Assembly: GCA_049511335.1 (NCBI GenBank)
Contig: JBEKYD010000001.1
Span: 28,097 to 92,096, forward strand
Origin: Bryobacteraceae bacterium
Lineage (GTDB): Bacteria > Acidobacteriota > Terriglobia > Bryobacterales > Bryobacteraceae
Direction of reading: 5' to 3'
DNA: 64,000 nucleotides
Shown here: positions 1 through 9,349 of the stretch, in pieces
Numbering within the stretch: the stretch's first letter is position 1
Layout: each line of letters starts with the position of its first letter
Position numbers and translations under genes: made by a program
The notes under the pieces: model-generated
The model's database searches: none
Seen by the model: only the letters and a program-made list of their open reading frames with translations
Told to the model about the DNA's origin: nothing

Positions 1-716
1 CTGACGATAGATAACGTGTAGTCGCGTAGCGTTTATCAACTCCCTGGCGCACGGATAGAGTTCCCGGCCGGATCACGCTATTCGGAGACACAAACCAGTG
101 ACAGGCTACGTGTTTCCACTTTTCCGACCGGCCAGTCGGTCGGAGATAGGAGACCTCCGCGGCCAGGTTCCGGCTCCGGGCGCCTCCTGGCGCACACAAG
201 TGTCGGCCCGCCCTCAACCAAGCGCCTTGCCATCAATCGGTTAGCCGGAATCGCCGCCTTTGCTCACTTGCCCTCAAAAACCTGGTCACGCCGCATTTAA
301 TCCCGTAACCTACTGAAAACAAACCGCCAGCCAAAAACCGCCTTTCCCCGCCGTTCTATCATGGTGGAGGGAAGGAGAACTCGTCGGTGAGAGCGAACAA
401 GGCGGCCCGGCACTCGTGCCAGTCGTTCTGGGACCTACCCCGGCACTTTGTTCCGCTGCGAACGGAAAAAGCGTAAGAATGCACAAATTGCACAAACCAA
501 TGCGGGGCGCACTAGTTGTCGAGACTGATCCTAACCAACAGAAATGACGATGTTTACCTATGCCGCAGTTTTGTTTTTTCAAACCGCGTTGCCGATGTTC
601 GGAGGTCCGGCTGAGGATGCTCTCGAACGTGGCGAGTACCTCACGCATGAGGATGTCGGCCGGCGTCTCGGTCGTTTTCTAGACCCCTGATGGACGTCCG
701 CTGGTCGCTGCCCGCA

Positions 717-1769
717 TCAAAGAGACTTCTGGGCGCCGATGCCCGCGAGGATCAGGGCGATGGCGCAGCAGAAGAGGGCTAGAAATGCCGCCACGAGGGC
801 TTTGGTGACGAGTTTCTGATCGTGGAATTCTTTCCACCGCACCAAGCCCCACATGGCGGCGACCACCAGGGACGCCTGCGCCAGAGGAAAGCCGATGGGC
901 GAGGTGGAGCGAATCCGGTCGGGCAGGGAAGCGATGGCCACGAGAATGGCGACAGTTCCCACACACCAAACCGCGCCGCCCGCAACACCCCAGAGGTGCT
1001 GCCGCAAAGCGCCGGAAAAGTATTCGAAGATATCCACCGGCTCACCCTCCACCGGAAGATTCATGAGAAACAGGTTGAATACGAAGGTAGAACCCAGAAT
1101 GCCAAAAGAGAGCAACAGGGGCATGGCATAGGGGCCCAAGCCCAGATCGCCTTCCGAGCAACCCTGGATTATGGGTAAGCTAGCGCCGGTTAACAGGCCC
1201 GCCGCCAGCGGGAGGACGATACCCTTGACGGCGCTTGGGCGCCGGGTGCTCTTGGCCTGGCCGCGGCGCGCCAGAGTTTCGTGGCGCTGGCGGATGGCCT
1301 GGGCGTAGGCAGCGCCGGCCAAACCGAGGGCCGCGATCGAGACGGCAAGTCCGGTATACACCAAAGCCGAATCGCCGCTGGGGTGAAGCACAGTCTCGAC
1401 CGCCGTACCGACGAGCAGTGCGGTTCCCACCCCCAGCGGGAACGCGACGGATAGTCCCTCTATGGAAACCGCCGCCAACAGGAGCATATTGCCGAAGTTG
1501 AACACCACGCCCGCCAGAACGCCGAAGAACCACTGGCGCTTGCCGGCGTGCATCAAATCGTCAATCACGGAAAAGCCGTCGAAACCCAGGTTGCCGAACG
1601 TGAATGCAAGCAGGATGGCGGCCGCGACCAGGCCGGCAGCGAAGTCGAAATAATACAGCTCGAATCGCCACTTACCGCTGAACTTGAACGTGGTTGCCCA
1701 GGAACCCCAGCAAAGAATGCCGAGGACCATAAGCAACATCGCGATGAAAGGCGTCGGGGCAAGAATCAT
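717..1769 (-). CDS. 10-TM DMT-superfamily membrane transporter (GRP/RhaT-like; sugar or lipid-linked-sugar transporter)
   Basis: 350-aa ORF, almost entirely hydrophobic. About 10 helices fall in two halves separated by a basic loop (RQRHETLARRGQAKSTRRP). The ATG at 1769 overlaps the TGA of the upstream GT-C gene (ATGA). Family call is from architecture only. Confidence 0.7.
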   Translation of the reverse strand: MILAPTPFIAMLLMVLGILCWGSWATTFKFSGKWRFELYYFDFAAGLVAAAILLAFTFGNLGFDGFSVIDDLMHAGKRQWFFGVLAGVVFNFGNMLLLAAVSIEGLSVAFPLGVGTALLVGTAVETVLHPSGDSALVYTGLAVSIAALGLAGAAYAQAIRQRHETLARRGQAKSTRRPSAVKGIVLPLAAGLLTGASLPIIQGCSEGDLGLGPYAMPLLLSFGILGSTFVFNLFLMNLPVEGEPVDIFEYFSGALRQHLWGVAGGAVWCVGTVAILVAIASLPDRIRSTSPIGFPLAQASLVVAAMWGLVRWKEFHDQKLVTKALVAAFLALFCCAIALILAGIGAQKSL

Positions 1770-3355
1770 GGAATTACCTGGAACTGTGAGGGTACTATGC
1801 GGTTTCCCAGCGGGTCAACCGTGGTCAATTGCGGCGGTTGGCCCGGGATCTGTTGGACATGCAGCGGCCGGTCGCGGACGGAACACTCCGGCAGCGGTGT
1901 GACGGTATAGTAATTCAGGCCGTAGCGCCAATTGCGATGGATGTTATCGACGCAGACTTGGCCGGCCACGGGGGCAATCCGCTTCCAGATGGGGCGGGCG
2001 GAAGCGATGCGGTCCACTTCCGGAAGAACGGCGATCTTCCAGTCGACGATGTTCAGGGTGACGCCGCCGGCGATCACGAATACCGCGGCCAGCCGCAGAC
2101 CGCGCGAATCCAGAAGCCAGACCAGCCCGGCGGCTAGCACCGGCAGCAACCAGGTCCAACGAAAGGCTGGCACAGGGGCTTTGGAACTTCCCCATGCGAT
2201 GGCTTCGGGCAACATGGGACCGAGGACGGGAAATGCGGCCATGAGCAGGGCGCAGCCGGCCAGCCAGAAGCTGCCAACGGTTCGGCCGGCCGCGGATTCA
2301 TTGAGCGCTACGCCAGCCAAGGCGGCCACCGGAGGCAAAAGCGGCAGGACGTAACCGGGCAGTTTGTTTACCGGGACGGAGAAAAACAGCAGCCCCCAAA
2401 TTGCCCAGGCGAACAGGAAGCGTTGGCGGATGTCCGGCGTTCGAAATCGGGTTGCCGCCAGGGCGGCCAGCGGAGTCCATGGCACCAGAGCCAAGAGCAG
2501 CACGGGGAAGTAATACCAAAAAGGCTGGCTATGCAAGAGAGCGCCGGTGAAGGCGCGCTCCACGTGGTGCTTCCAAAAGAAATCGAGCAAGAAAGCGGCG
2601 CCATTTTTCAGATAGCAGGCGGCGTACCACGGAGCCGTCACCAGGATACACGGCAACAACAGGCGCGCCAGAGCGCGTGGAAAGCGATTGCGAACGCCCA
2701 ACAGGAGGGGCAACGCCAGGGCAACGGGAACCAATCCTTTGGCCAGGATGGCCAGGCCGAACATGGCGCCGGACCAGGGCAGCCACTTTTGATCGCCACG
2801 GCTAACCCACGGAATCGCCAGTAGCATGGCGGCCGCGAAAGTGGCCGACATGGGCAGGTCGGTGACTCCGACCTGGCTGTACAGCAACCATTCGCCCGAA
2901 GTAGCCAGAATCAAGGCGGCAAAGGCCGCGGCACGCCATCCGAATTCGCGCCGCAAAATCCAATAGAAGAAAAGCAGGAAGGCGACGGAGAGGAGGGCCA
3001 CGGGCAGGCGCGGCGCCAGGTCCGGGCCGGCGCCAAAACGAAACGCCAGGGCGGCCATCCAATAGTAGAGCGCCGGTTTTTCAAACCACGGCTCGCCCCA
3101 CAAGCGAGGGGTCACGAGGTCGCCGGTATCGGCCATGGCGCGCGCCACCGAGGCGTATCGCGGTTCGTCGGGCAGAATGACGCCCATGGCCGTGAGGCGA
3201 TAGCAATACGCGAAATAGAGGAGCGGTAGAGCTAACCACACCAGCCAGCGGGCGGGCGAAAGTGGGGACCGTGCGCCGCCGGTTTGGACATCGAAGGGGT
3301 TATCGGGGCAACTTGGGACAGTGCCCGAGTTCCCCCACGGGCTCCTAGCCCGCAT
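1766..3355 (-). CDS. GT-C fold glycosyltransferase, ArnT/PMT-like (GT39/GT83 family)
   Basis: 529-aa polytopic ORF. The first periplasmic loop motif DEPRYASVARAMADTGDLVTPRLWGEPWFEKPALYYW is typical of ArnT/dolichyl-phosphate-mannose mannosyltransferase-like enzymes. The exact start is uncertain. Confidence 0.85.
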   Translation of the reverse strand: MRARSPWGNSGTVPSCPDNPFDVQTGGARSPLSPARWLVWLALPLLYFAYCYRLTAMGVILPDEPRYASVARAMADTGDLVTPRLWGEPWFEKPALYYWMAALAFRFGAGPDLAPRLPVALLSVAFLLFFYWILRREFGWRAAAFAALILATSGEWLLYSQVGVTDLPMSATFAAAMLLAIPWVSRGDQKWLPWSGAMFGLAILAKGLVPVALALPLLLGVRNRFPRALARLLLPCILVTAPWYAACYLKNGAAFLLDFFWKHHVERAFTGALLHSQPFWYYFPVLLLALVPWTPLAALAATRFRTPDIRQRFLFAWAIWGLLFFSVPVNKLPGYVLPLLPPVAALAGVALNESAAGRTVGSFWLAGCALLMAAFPVLGPMLPEAIAWGSSKAPVPAFRWTWLLPVLAAGLVWLLDSRGLRLAAVFVIAGGVTLNIVDWKIAVLPEVDRIASARPIWKRIAPVAGQVCVDNIHRNWRYGLNYYTVTPLPECSVRDRPLHVQQIPGQPPQLTTVDPLGNRIVPSQFQVIP

Positions 3356-3472
3356 CGCTCACGCGCTTTCTCCCGCGGCGCGGGATAAGGCCGCGCTGCT
3401 GGAAATGCGGATTCGACATTCACTTTATTATAGGGTCGGAGCCGCGCCGTCAACTCCAGTACAATAAAGAAC

Positions 3473-4435
3473 ATGTTGCGATGGTTGCGGTTGGGGGCAT
3501 GTGTTTGGCTGCTGGCGCTGGCTGCCAGCGGGGAGGATTCCAAGAAGTCGGCGCTGGACAAACTGACGCTGGAGGCGTACGTCCGCCATTTGTACGTGCT
3601 GGACAAGCTTGTCACGGTGACGGTCGGGGACCCGAAGCCGGCCTCGCTGCCTGGATTCGTGGAAGAGACCGTGCATGCAGCGCTGGGAAACCAGTCGCAG
3701 GACTTCACGTTTTACATCAGCCAGGACGGCAAACATGTCATTCAGGGGAACGTCTACGACATCAACGCCAATCCCTTCAAGGCCGATCTGGACAAGGTCA
3801 AAACGACAGGCGCGCCGGGCTGGGGCACTTCCGGAGCGCCGGTGGTAGTGGTGGAATTCAGCGACTTCGAGTGCCCTTATTGCAAGGAGGAAGCCCTGCA
3901 GATTCGCGACCACCTGCTGGCAACCTACCCGACGCAGGTGAAACTTTACTTTAAAGAATTTCCGCTCGAGAGCTTGCATCCCTGGGCGAAAACCGCGGCC
4001 ATGGCCGGGCGCTGCGTTTTCGCACAAAACAACGACGCGTTTTGGGCCTACCACGATTGGGTCTTCTCGCACCAGGAACAGATCACGCCGGACAATGTGC
4101 GCGCGCAGATTATGGACTGGGCAAAAGGCCGGAAGGAGCTGGACGCGCTGAAGCTGGGACAGTGCATCGATACCAAGGCGACCGAGGCGGAGGTCGACGC
4201 CATCGAGGCGCAGGGGCGGGATTTAGGGATCAACGCCACCCCGACGCTGTTCATCAACGGCCGGCGCCTGACGCAAGCCCTGGAATGGAGCGGCTTGAAA
4301 AGCATCATCGACTACGAGATCGAATATCAGAAGACGGCCAAGGACGCGGGCGACAATTGCGGTTGCGATCTCAAACTCAAGCTGCCGGGCGCGCCGGCGC
4401 AGACCAAACCGGGCCTATCCGGCATCAAGCATTAA
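3473..4435 (+). CDS. DsbA-family thioredoxin-fold thiol:disulfide oxidoreductase (secreted)
   Basis: N-terminal signal peptide (MLRWLRLGACVWLLALAASG). CxxC active site in VVVVEFSDFECPYCKEEA. Downstream TPTLFINGRR is the cis-Pro loop region typical of DsbA-like proteins. Confidence 0.85.
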   Translation: MLRWLRLGACVWLLALAASGEDSKKSALDKLTLEAYVRHLYVLDKLVTVTVGDPKPASLPGFVEETVHAALGNQSQDFTFYISQDGKHVIQGNVYDINANPFKADLDKVKTTGAPGWGTSGAPVVVVEFSDFECPYCKEEALQIRDHLLATYPTQVKLYFKEFPLESLHPWAKTAAMAGRCVFAQNNDAFWAYHDWVFSHQEQITPDNVRAQIMDWAKGRKELDALKLGQCIDTKATEAEVDAIEAQGRDLGINATPTLFINGRRLTQALEWSGLKSIIDYEIEYQKTAKDAGDNCGCDLKLKLPGAPAQTKPGLSGIKH

Positions 4436-4441
4436 TGCAGC

Positions 4442-4463
4442 AACCGCTTCCTAACGGTCGCGG
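4442..4463. repeat. REP family 1, single arm (AACCGCTTCCTAACGGTCGCGG)
   Basis: Matches the left arm of the full hairpins at 22057, 31948 and 37601. Lies 7 nt after the dsbA-like stop. No partner arm is visible. Confidence 0.7.
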
Positions 4464-4483
4464 GGGTAGTCGGCCATAATAGA

Positions 4484-4765
4484 GTGATGCCTTGCCTCCT
4501 GCTCATCGCGATTGTGGGTTTCCCGCGCCTGGTGATGGTGCTCCTGTTCCTGTTCACCACCTACCTGCAACATGCCTATCACAACATCCTGATTCCGGCA
4601 CTGGGCTTTGTGTTTCTGCCGCTCACGACGCTGGCGTATGCCTGGATGGTGAACAACCACGAGCCGATCGTCGGCGTGAATGCGCTGATTATGGTAGTTG
4701 CGGTGGTAATCGATGCCGGCGGCCTGGGCGGCGGGGCCTGGCACCGCAGCCGTCGCGACTGGTGA
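4484..4765 (+). CDS. small membrane protein (3 predicted TM helices), unknown function
   Basis: 93-aa ORF with hydrophobic segments LLLIAIVGFPRLVMVLLFLF, ILIPALGFVFLPLTTLAYAW and LIMVVAVVIDAGGLGGG. No motif recognised. Confidence 0.5.
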   Translation: MMPCLLLIAIVGFPRLVMVLLFLFTTYLQHAYHNILIPALGFVFLPLTTLAYAWMVNNHEPIVGVNALIMVVAVVIDAGGLGGGAWHRSRRDW

Positions 4766-4787
4766 CCGATCATCGCGGGGCTCAAAG

Positions 4788-5762
4788 TTAATTGGGACGG
4801 AACGAACTTACATCCACACTCATGCCGTCGGACCAGGTGAGGGGGGATTCGGCGCGGGCGGCTTTTACCTGCGCTTCGATGGAGCGCGCTTCGGCTTTGT
4901 GACCGGTGCGCCGCAAGAAGAGCGCGTAATCGGCGAGCACCGCGAGATAGGCGGGGTGCGAGGGCCCGAGGTGGCCCAAGGAATCGAGCGCCTGGCGGAA
5001 TAGAGAACCTGCGTTCTCGCGCCGGCCGGCGATGAAATCCATGCTGGCCAGGTTGTGGTACGCGCGTCCCAACATCGGATGATACGGCGCCGTATCGTGC
5101 CGCAAGAGTTCGACGGAGCGCTCCAGCATTTGGCGCGCTTCCACATCGCGCTGCTGCCGATGGCGGATGACGGCCAAGTTGTTGAGCACGACAGCGGTCA
5201 TCTCTTGGGTGGGCTGGCGCTCGAAAACCGCGAGCGCCTGGTTCAGCGCGGCCTCGGCTTCCTGGTAACGGTGCTGCCCAATCAGAATCTCGGCGAGAAA
5301 GTTGTGCGCGCCGGCCAGGCGTTCGTTATCGGCCGGGAAGAAACGCTCCTGCCGCGTGAGGGAATCGCGCACCAAGGTTTCGGCTTCGTGAAATCTGCCG
5401 CGCAGCCCCAACACGGTGGCCAGATGAGCTTCGATGACCGCATAGTCGGCGTTGTCCTTGCCGATAGCGGTTTGGACCTCGCCGAGCGCTGCCCGGAATT
5501 GAAATTCGGCGTCATCGAGGTGCGACAGTGCCTCGCTGGTGGACGCCAGCGCATCGCGCGTCACCCAGCAGCGCGGGTCGCGCGGCCCGAATGTCTCGGC
5601 CGCCGCGAGCGCCTGGCGAAGCGTCTGGGCGGCTTCGACGTAATCGGCATGGCTCAATTGTCCGCGGACGACCGCCATCTGCCGTTCCCACTGTTCGGCC
5701 CCCTGCTCCGCTCCAAATGCACTATTCATCAAACACAGACACACTACGACCCCGTATCGCAC
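4788..5762 (-). CDS. secreted tetratricopeptide-repeat (TPR) protein
   Basis: GTG start at 5762 preceded by AAGGAGAG. Signal peptide MRYGVVVCLCLMNSAFGAEQ. Repeated A-x-x-x-Y/L...A TPR-like helices run throughout (for example HNLASMDFIAGRRENAGSLFRQAL). Confidence 0.85.
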   Translation of the reverse strand: MRYGVVVCLCLMNSAFGAEQGAEQWERQMAVVRGQLSHADYVEAAQTLRQALAAAETFGPRDPRCWVTRDALASTSEALSHLDDAEFQFRAALGEVQTAIGKDNADYAVIEAHLATVLGLRGRFHEAETLVRDSLTRQERFFPADNERLAGAHNFLAEILIGQHRYQEAEAALNQALAVFERQPTQEMTAVVLNNLAVIRHRQQRDVEARQMLERSVELLRHDTAPYHPMLGRAYHNLASMDFIAGRRENAGSLFRQALDSLGHLGPSHPAYLAVLADYALFLRRTGHKAEARSIEAQVKAARAESPLTWSDGMSVDVSSFRPN

Positions 5763-6190
5763 AGTCTCTCCTTTTTTGGACGGCGCCGCTTACCCAAGAG
5801 CGGGCGTCCGATGGACAAGGCCCCCGTCCGGCCAGGCAACTCAACCGCTAGAAGACAGCATCGCGACTCACGACAGAGACGATCGTACCAGCGGCCGCAG
5901 CGCCGAAACCATCCGAATCCTGCTGCCAATGTTAGACGCGACGCTGGGGATTCGGTCCCGGCTCTAGCCTGACGTAACGGACGTAGCACATGGAGACGCG
6001 GCCCTATCGGCCGGCGAATGCTCGAATATCCGGCGGCCAGCGCCGCATAGCAGACGGCGATTGTACACGCGACCGCCGTTGCCCCCAAGTTGGCCGCCAC
6101 GATCAGGCCGGCGCCGGCCAGCAATCCTCCGAACCCGATGAATCCGAGTGTCAACCGTCGCGCCAGCGTGTGGTATGGCTGCTCCGACAT
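5744..6190 (-). CDS. hypothetical protein; only the N-terminal ~60 aa look like a 2-TM peptide
   Basis: ATG at 6190 with GGAGA 9 nt upstream. The N-terminus LTLGFIGFGGLLAGAGLIVAANLGATAVACTIAVCYAALAAG is membrane-like. The C-terminal 90 aa are Arg-rich, look non-coding and run over the RBS of the TPR gene. Confidence 0.3.
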   Translation of the reverse strand: MSEQPYHTLARRLTLGFIGFGGLLAGAGLIVAANLGATAVACTIAVCYAALAAGYSSIRRPIGPRLHVLRPLRQARAGTESPASRLTLAAGFGWFRRCGRWYDRLCRESRCCLLAVELPGRTGALSIGRPLLGKRRRPKKERLCDTGS

Positions 6191-6283
6191 TGGCGATGTT
6201 CTCCATTGCTGCCTGCGGTGACTTCTCGCGAGGCGTCAATCGATATATCGGCAAGTCAGGGAAAAACGTTAGGGGCCTTGCTC

Positions 6284-8812
6284 CTACGACTCCCAGCAGT
6301 TCGAGATAGAGTGGTTCCACCGATCGAAGACCTCTTCGTCGGTGAGCGGCGCCAGATAGTTCCACACGCGGCCGCGGGCGATCTTCCAACGCATGGCGGC
6401 GCCGAGAAAGCACGCGCCAACCGGCTCGGGCGCACGCGCAATTTCTTCCATCACGCGATCGAGCGATCCCGCCGTGGTGAAGTTGCGCAACTGGAACAGC
6501 AGGCGGTTCCGCCGGACGATGTTTTCGACGGTTTCCGCCGCATAGTGCCGTCCGATGGTGGCGCGCTGCGTATGGTAGGCGATCGATCCGGGCGAATACC
6601 ACGAGTCGTAGCCCAGCTTTCGCGCGCGCCAACCCCATTCCACGTCCTCCCAGTAGAACGGGTCGTAAGCCGCGGCATCGAGGAACTTTCTCAGCAGTTC
6701 GGTTCGAAACAGCGACGCGCCGCCGCCGGCGTAGAAGGTCGGAACCGGGTTGCCGGATTTCGGAATCCAGTCGTGAATGGTAGCCAGGCCGGACTCTATC
6801 AATAGCGTGGTCCAGTTGGTTTCGTCGCGGAAGCGCGTCGCGTCTTTGAGAATCACCTGCGAGGCCACCGAGAACGTTTCCTCCGCGCGGCCGGCTGCCA
6901 GCTCGCCGAGCGCAGCAGGTTCCAGGATGACGTCGCTGTTCAGCAGGTACACCCAGTCGTAACGCACGCGCGCGAGGCCGGCGCGAACGGCGCCTGCGAA
7001 GCCCAGGGGCCGGTCATAGAAACGCCAGCGAACGCCGGGGTGCTCCCTGCACAGATGCTCGTAGCCGGAGCGCGGCGAACCGTTCACCACCACGATCGCT
7101 TCCAGCGGCTCGCGCCACTCGAAAGCGGCCGCGCGCACGCTCGCCAGGCAGGCGGTCAGCTCTTCCACGTTGTCCCATTCCGGAATCAGAATTGAAAGGC
7201 CCGGCTTCCATCGGCCGCCGAAGGGTGGCCTGAGCCGGCGGCGGTAGCGGCGTTGCAACCGCATCCCCCAACGGTCGATCGCATGCACGAAACGGTCTAG
7301 CGGCTCAAGCGCCGCCCGCCGCGCGGCGGTGCGTTCCGGGTCGACAAACTCTTTCGACACCAGAAGCGCCAGGGCGAATCCAAGGTCGCGCCGGTCGGTG
7401 CCCACTCCGCGTTCCGAAGGCCGGTAGACATGCGCGGTACGAAACTCGAGCATCCAGGGCGCCGGCTGGTCCGCGTCCACCGCGAAATCCAGCCCGAACG
7501 GCATGATTCCCTCCCAAGGGTTCGTCACTCGTCCGATTTCGTATCCGTTCAGGCGGATCGAAAGCCGGTTCGGATGGTTCGCGGGCCCGGATGGCAGCAT
7601 CCCGGAGACGTGCAACGTGCGCGAGCCCGGACGCGGTTCTAATATTGCCGCGGCCTGCTGGCTGCTCCAAATGTGTTCTTCGTCCGACGGCTCATGCCAG
7701 CCGTAGAGCAGTTGAGCGTTGAGGCCCCTCGCCGCAACGATCTCACTGGCACGCGGGCCGGGGCGGTAGGCTCGCTTCCACGGGCACGTGCGGCATTCCG
7801 GGACTTCCCCGCGCCGGTATCGCTCGCGGAAGCGCCGGTACGCTTCGCCGTGCCAGATCTCACCGATCGGCTGCTCCGCCAGGTTGCCCAACGGATGTTT
7901 GTCCAGCACCTCGCAAGCCACCACGTCGCCATTCGACAATACGTGCGCCGTCTCCCACGGGTTCTGCTCGCAGGAATAGATAAGCGCGCCCTGGGGCAGT
8001 TCCCACGGGTACGGAACCGGAACTTCGCCCAGCAGGCGGCCGCCGGCCGTCGACAATTCGTTCGAGATCGTGATGCGGATCTCCGGGTGGGTTCGCTCCG
8101 TCTCCGTCACCATGGCTCGCAAGCGGCTTTCAAACTCCGGCCGGTGCGTGCCGCCCGGCGTCAACTCAACATGGAAGGGTGCCGGAATCTCGTCGCGCCG
8201 CATCACCGGAAAGATCATGATTTCATGCAGCGCCAGTCGATCCGCGAGCGCAGCAACCGAACGAAGCTCGGCCAGGTTCGTGTCCATGGCGACGAACGCG
8301 AAATCGACGACTGGCGATGGCGGCGCCGCCCGGCACAATTCCAGGAAACTCACGAGGCGCGAGCGCAGCGTGGCGAACGAACTGTAACGATAGACTTCCG
8401 CAAACTTTTCGGGATCGGTGGCGTGCACGGAGACGGTGAGCCGGTCGAGCCCGCTCCGGCTCAAGGGGCCCAGAAGAGGCTCCGGCGCGCTGGCCATCGC
8501 GGTGACCAGCTCCACATACGCTCCGGCAGCCCGTGCCCGCTCGATGGCCGGGATCAACTCGGGGTAGACCGTGGATTCGCCCGAGTAGTTCAGCACGAAC
8601 TTGCGCGGATCCACCAGCGCGCCCACCAGCGCATCGAACACCGCGAATGGCAGGTGGACGCCCGCGCCGCGCCGCATTTTGCGGGAACAGAAGATGCAGT
8701 CGAAGGGGCACTTCGACGTCAACTCCACCCACAGAGTGCGGGGCGTACGCGCGGCTAGAAACTCCGGAGGGCCCCCTTGTCTCTCTGTATCAGAGTCCAA
8801 ACGCGGCCGCAT
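6284..8812 (-). CDS. radical SAM / SPASM(twitch)-like domain fused to a family-2 glycosyltransferase
   Basis: 842 aa.
- CX3CX2C cluster motif CPFDCIFC at aa 35-42 (nt 8687-8710).
- Cys-rich auxiliary region SCEQNPW...VVACEVLD...GEIWHG...PECRTCPWK (nt ~7770-7980).
- A GWHEPSDEEHIWSS-type linker domain.
- A GT2-like half from LSILIPEWDNVEE...VVVNGS...NSDV (nt ~6400-7200). Confidence 0.9.
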   Translation of the reverse strand: MRPRLDSDTERQGGPPEFLAARTPRTLWVELTSKCPFDCIFCSRKMRRGAGVHLPFAVFDALVGALVDPRKFVLNYSGESTVYPELIPAIERARAAGAYVELVTAMASAPEPLLGPLSRSGLDRLTVSVHATDPEKFAEVYRYSSFATLRSRLVSFLELCRAAPPSPVVDFAFVAMDTNLAELRSVAALADRLALHEIMIFPVMRRDEIPAPFHVELTPGGTHRPEFESRLRAMVTETERTHPEIRITISNELSTAGGRLLGEVPVPYPWELPQGALIYSCEQNPWETAHVLSNGDVVACEVLDKHPLGNLAEQPIGEIWHGEAYRRFRERYRRGEVPECRTCPWKRAYRPGPRASEIVAARGLNAQLLYGWHEPSDEEHIWSSQQAAAILEPRPGSRTLHVSGMLPSGPANHPNRLSIRLNGYEIGRVTNPWEGIMPFGLDFAVDADQPAPWMLEFRTAHVYRPSERGVGTDRRDLGFALALLVSKEFVDPERTAARRAALEPLDRFVHAIDRWGMRLQRRYRRRLRPPFGGRWKPGLSILIPEWDNVEELTACLASVRAAAFEWREPLEAIVVVNGSPRSGYEHLCREHPGVRWRFYDRPLGFAGAVRAGLARVRYDWVYLLNSDVILEPAALGELAAGRAEETFSVASQVILKDATRFRDETNWTTLLIESGLATIHDWIPKSGNPVPTFYAGGGASLFRTELLRKFLDAAAYDPFYWEDVEWGWRARKLGYDSWYSPGSIAYHTQRATIGRHYAAETVENIVRRNRLLFQLRNFTTAGSLDRVMEEIARAPEPVGACFLGAAMRWKIARGRVWNYLAPLTDEEVFDRWNHSISNCWES

Positions 8813-9311
8813 ATTTCACCTTGCCGCGAATCTGATCGAGAGGCCCGGGGCGGAGCTCCATCGCCATGAATGCTTCGGGAGGAAACGGGCTTTCGAGAGA
8901 CCGTGCCTTCTCGGTGGAGAAGCCAAAGCGCGGGTAGTAATCGGGATGGCCGACAACGATGACGATGTGCTCACCCTGCCTCCGCAACCGATCCAGGCCA
9001 TAGCCAATCAGCCGTCCGCCGATCCCCTGACGCTGGTGCTCGGGCAATACGGCCATCGGAGCCAACGCCACCGCCGGGACCGATCCGCCGCTTGTTTCAA
9101 TCGACATCCGGCTGAACAGGATGTGCCCAACGATGCGGTTCTCCAGCTCGGCAACGATCGATGCAAGCACGACGCCTTCGGCGCGCAAGTTATCGACCAG
9201 GTCGGCTTCGTCCATGCGGCCAAATGCCGCTTGGTTGACCGAGTGGACCGCCGATCGCTCCTGAGTTTCGGTGCTCTCGTGACGGATAGTCAGATTGCTT
9301 TCCGGATGCAC
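8790..9311 (-). CDS. GNAT-family N-acetyltransferase
   Basis: 173 aa. Acetyl-CoA binding motif QRQGIGGRLIGYGLDRL. The stop overlaps the radical-SAM start by 23 nt. Confidence 0.85.
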   Translation of the reverse strand: MHPESNLTIRHESTETQERSAVHSVNQAAFGRMDEADLVDNLRAEGVVLASIVAELENRIVGHILFSRMSIETSGGSVPAVALAPMAVLPEHQRQGIGGRLIGYGLDRLRRQGEHIVIVVGHPDYYPRFGFSTEKARSLESPFPPEAFMAMELRPGPLDQIRGKVKYAAAFGL

Positions 9312-9349
9312 ATGCCGATTTTAGCGCTACTCCCGCGCCCGGCCTCGGG

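Noticed and set aside
310-690. A 112-aa minus-strand ORF (310-648), and a 48-codon plus-strand ORF (544-690) whose end (AEDALERGEYLTHEDVGRRLGRFL) resembles antitoxin/RHH-type C-termini.
   Set aside because: The minus-strand ORF has non-protein-like composition. The plus-strand ORF is bounded by an in-frame TAA at 532-534, has an implausible N-terminus and no toxin partner. At best it is a gene remnant, and I cannot support a call.
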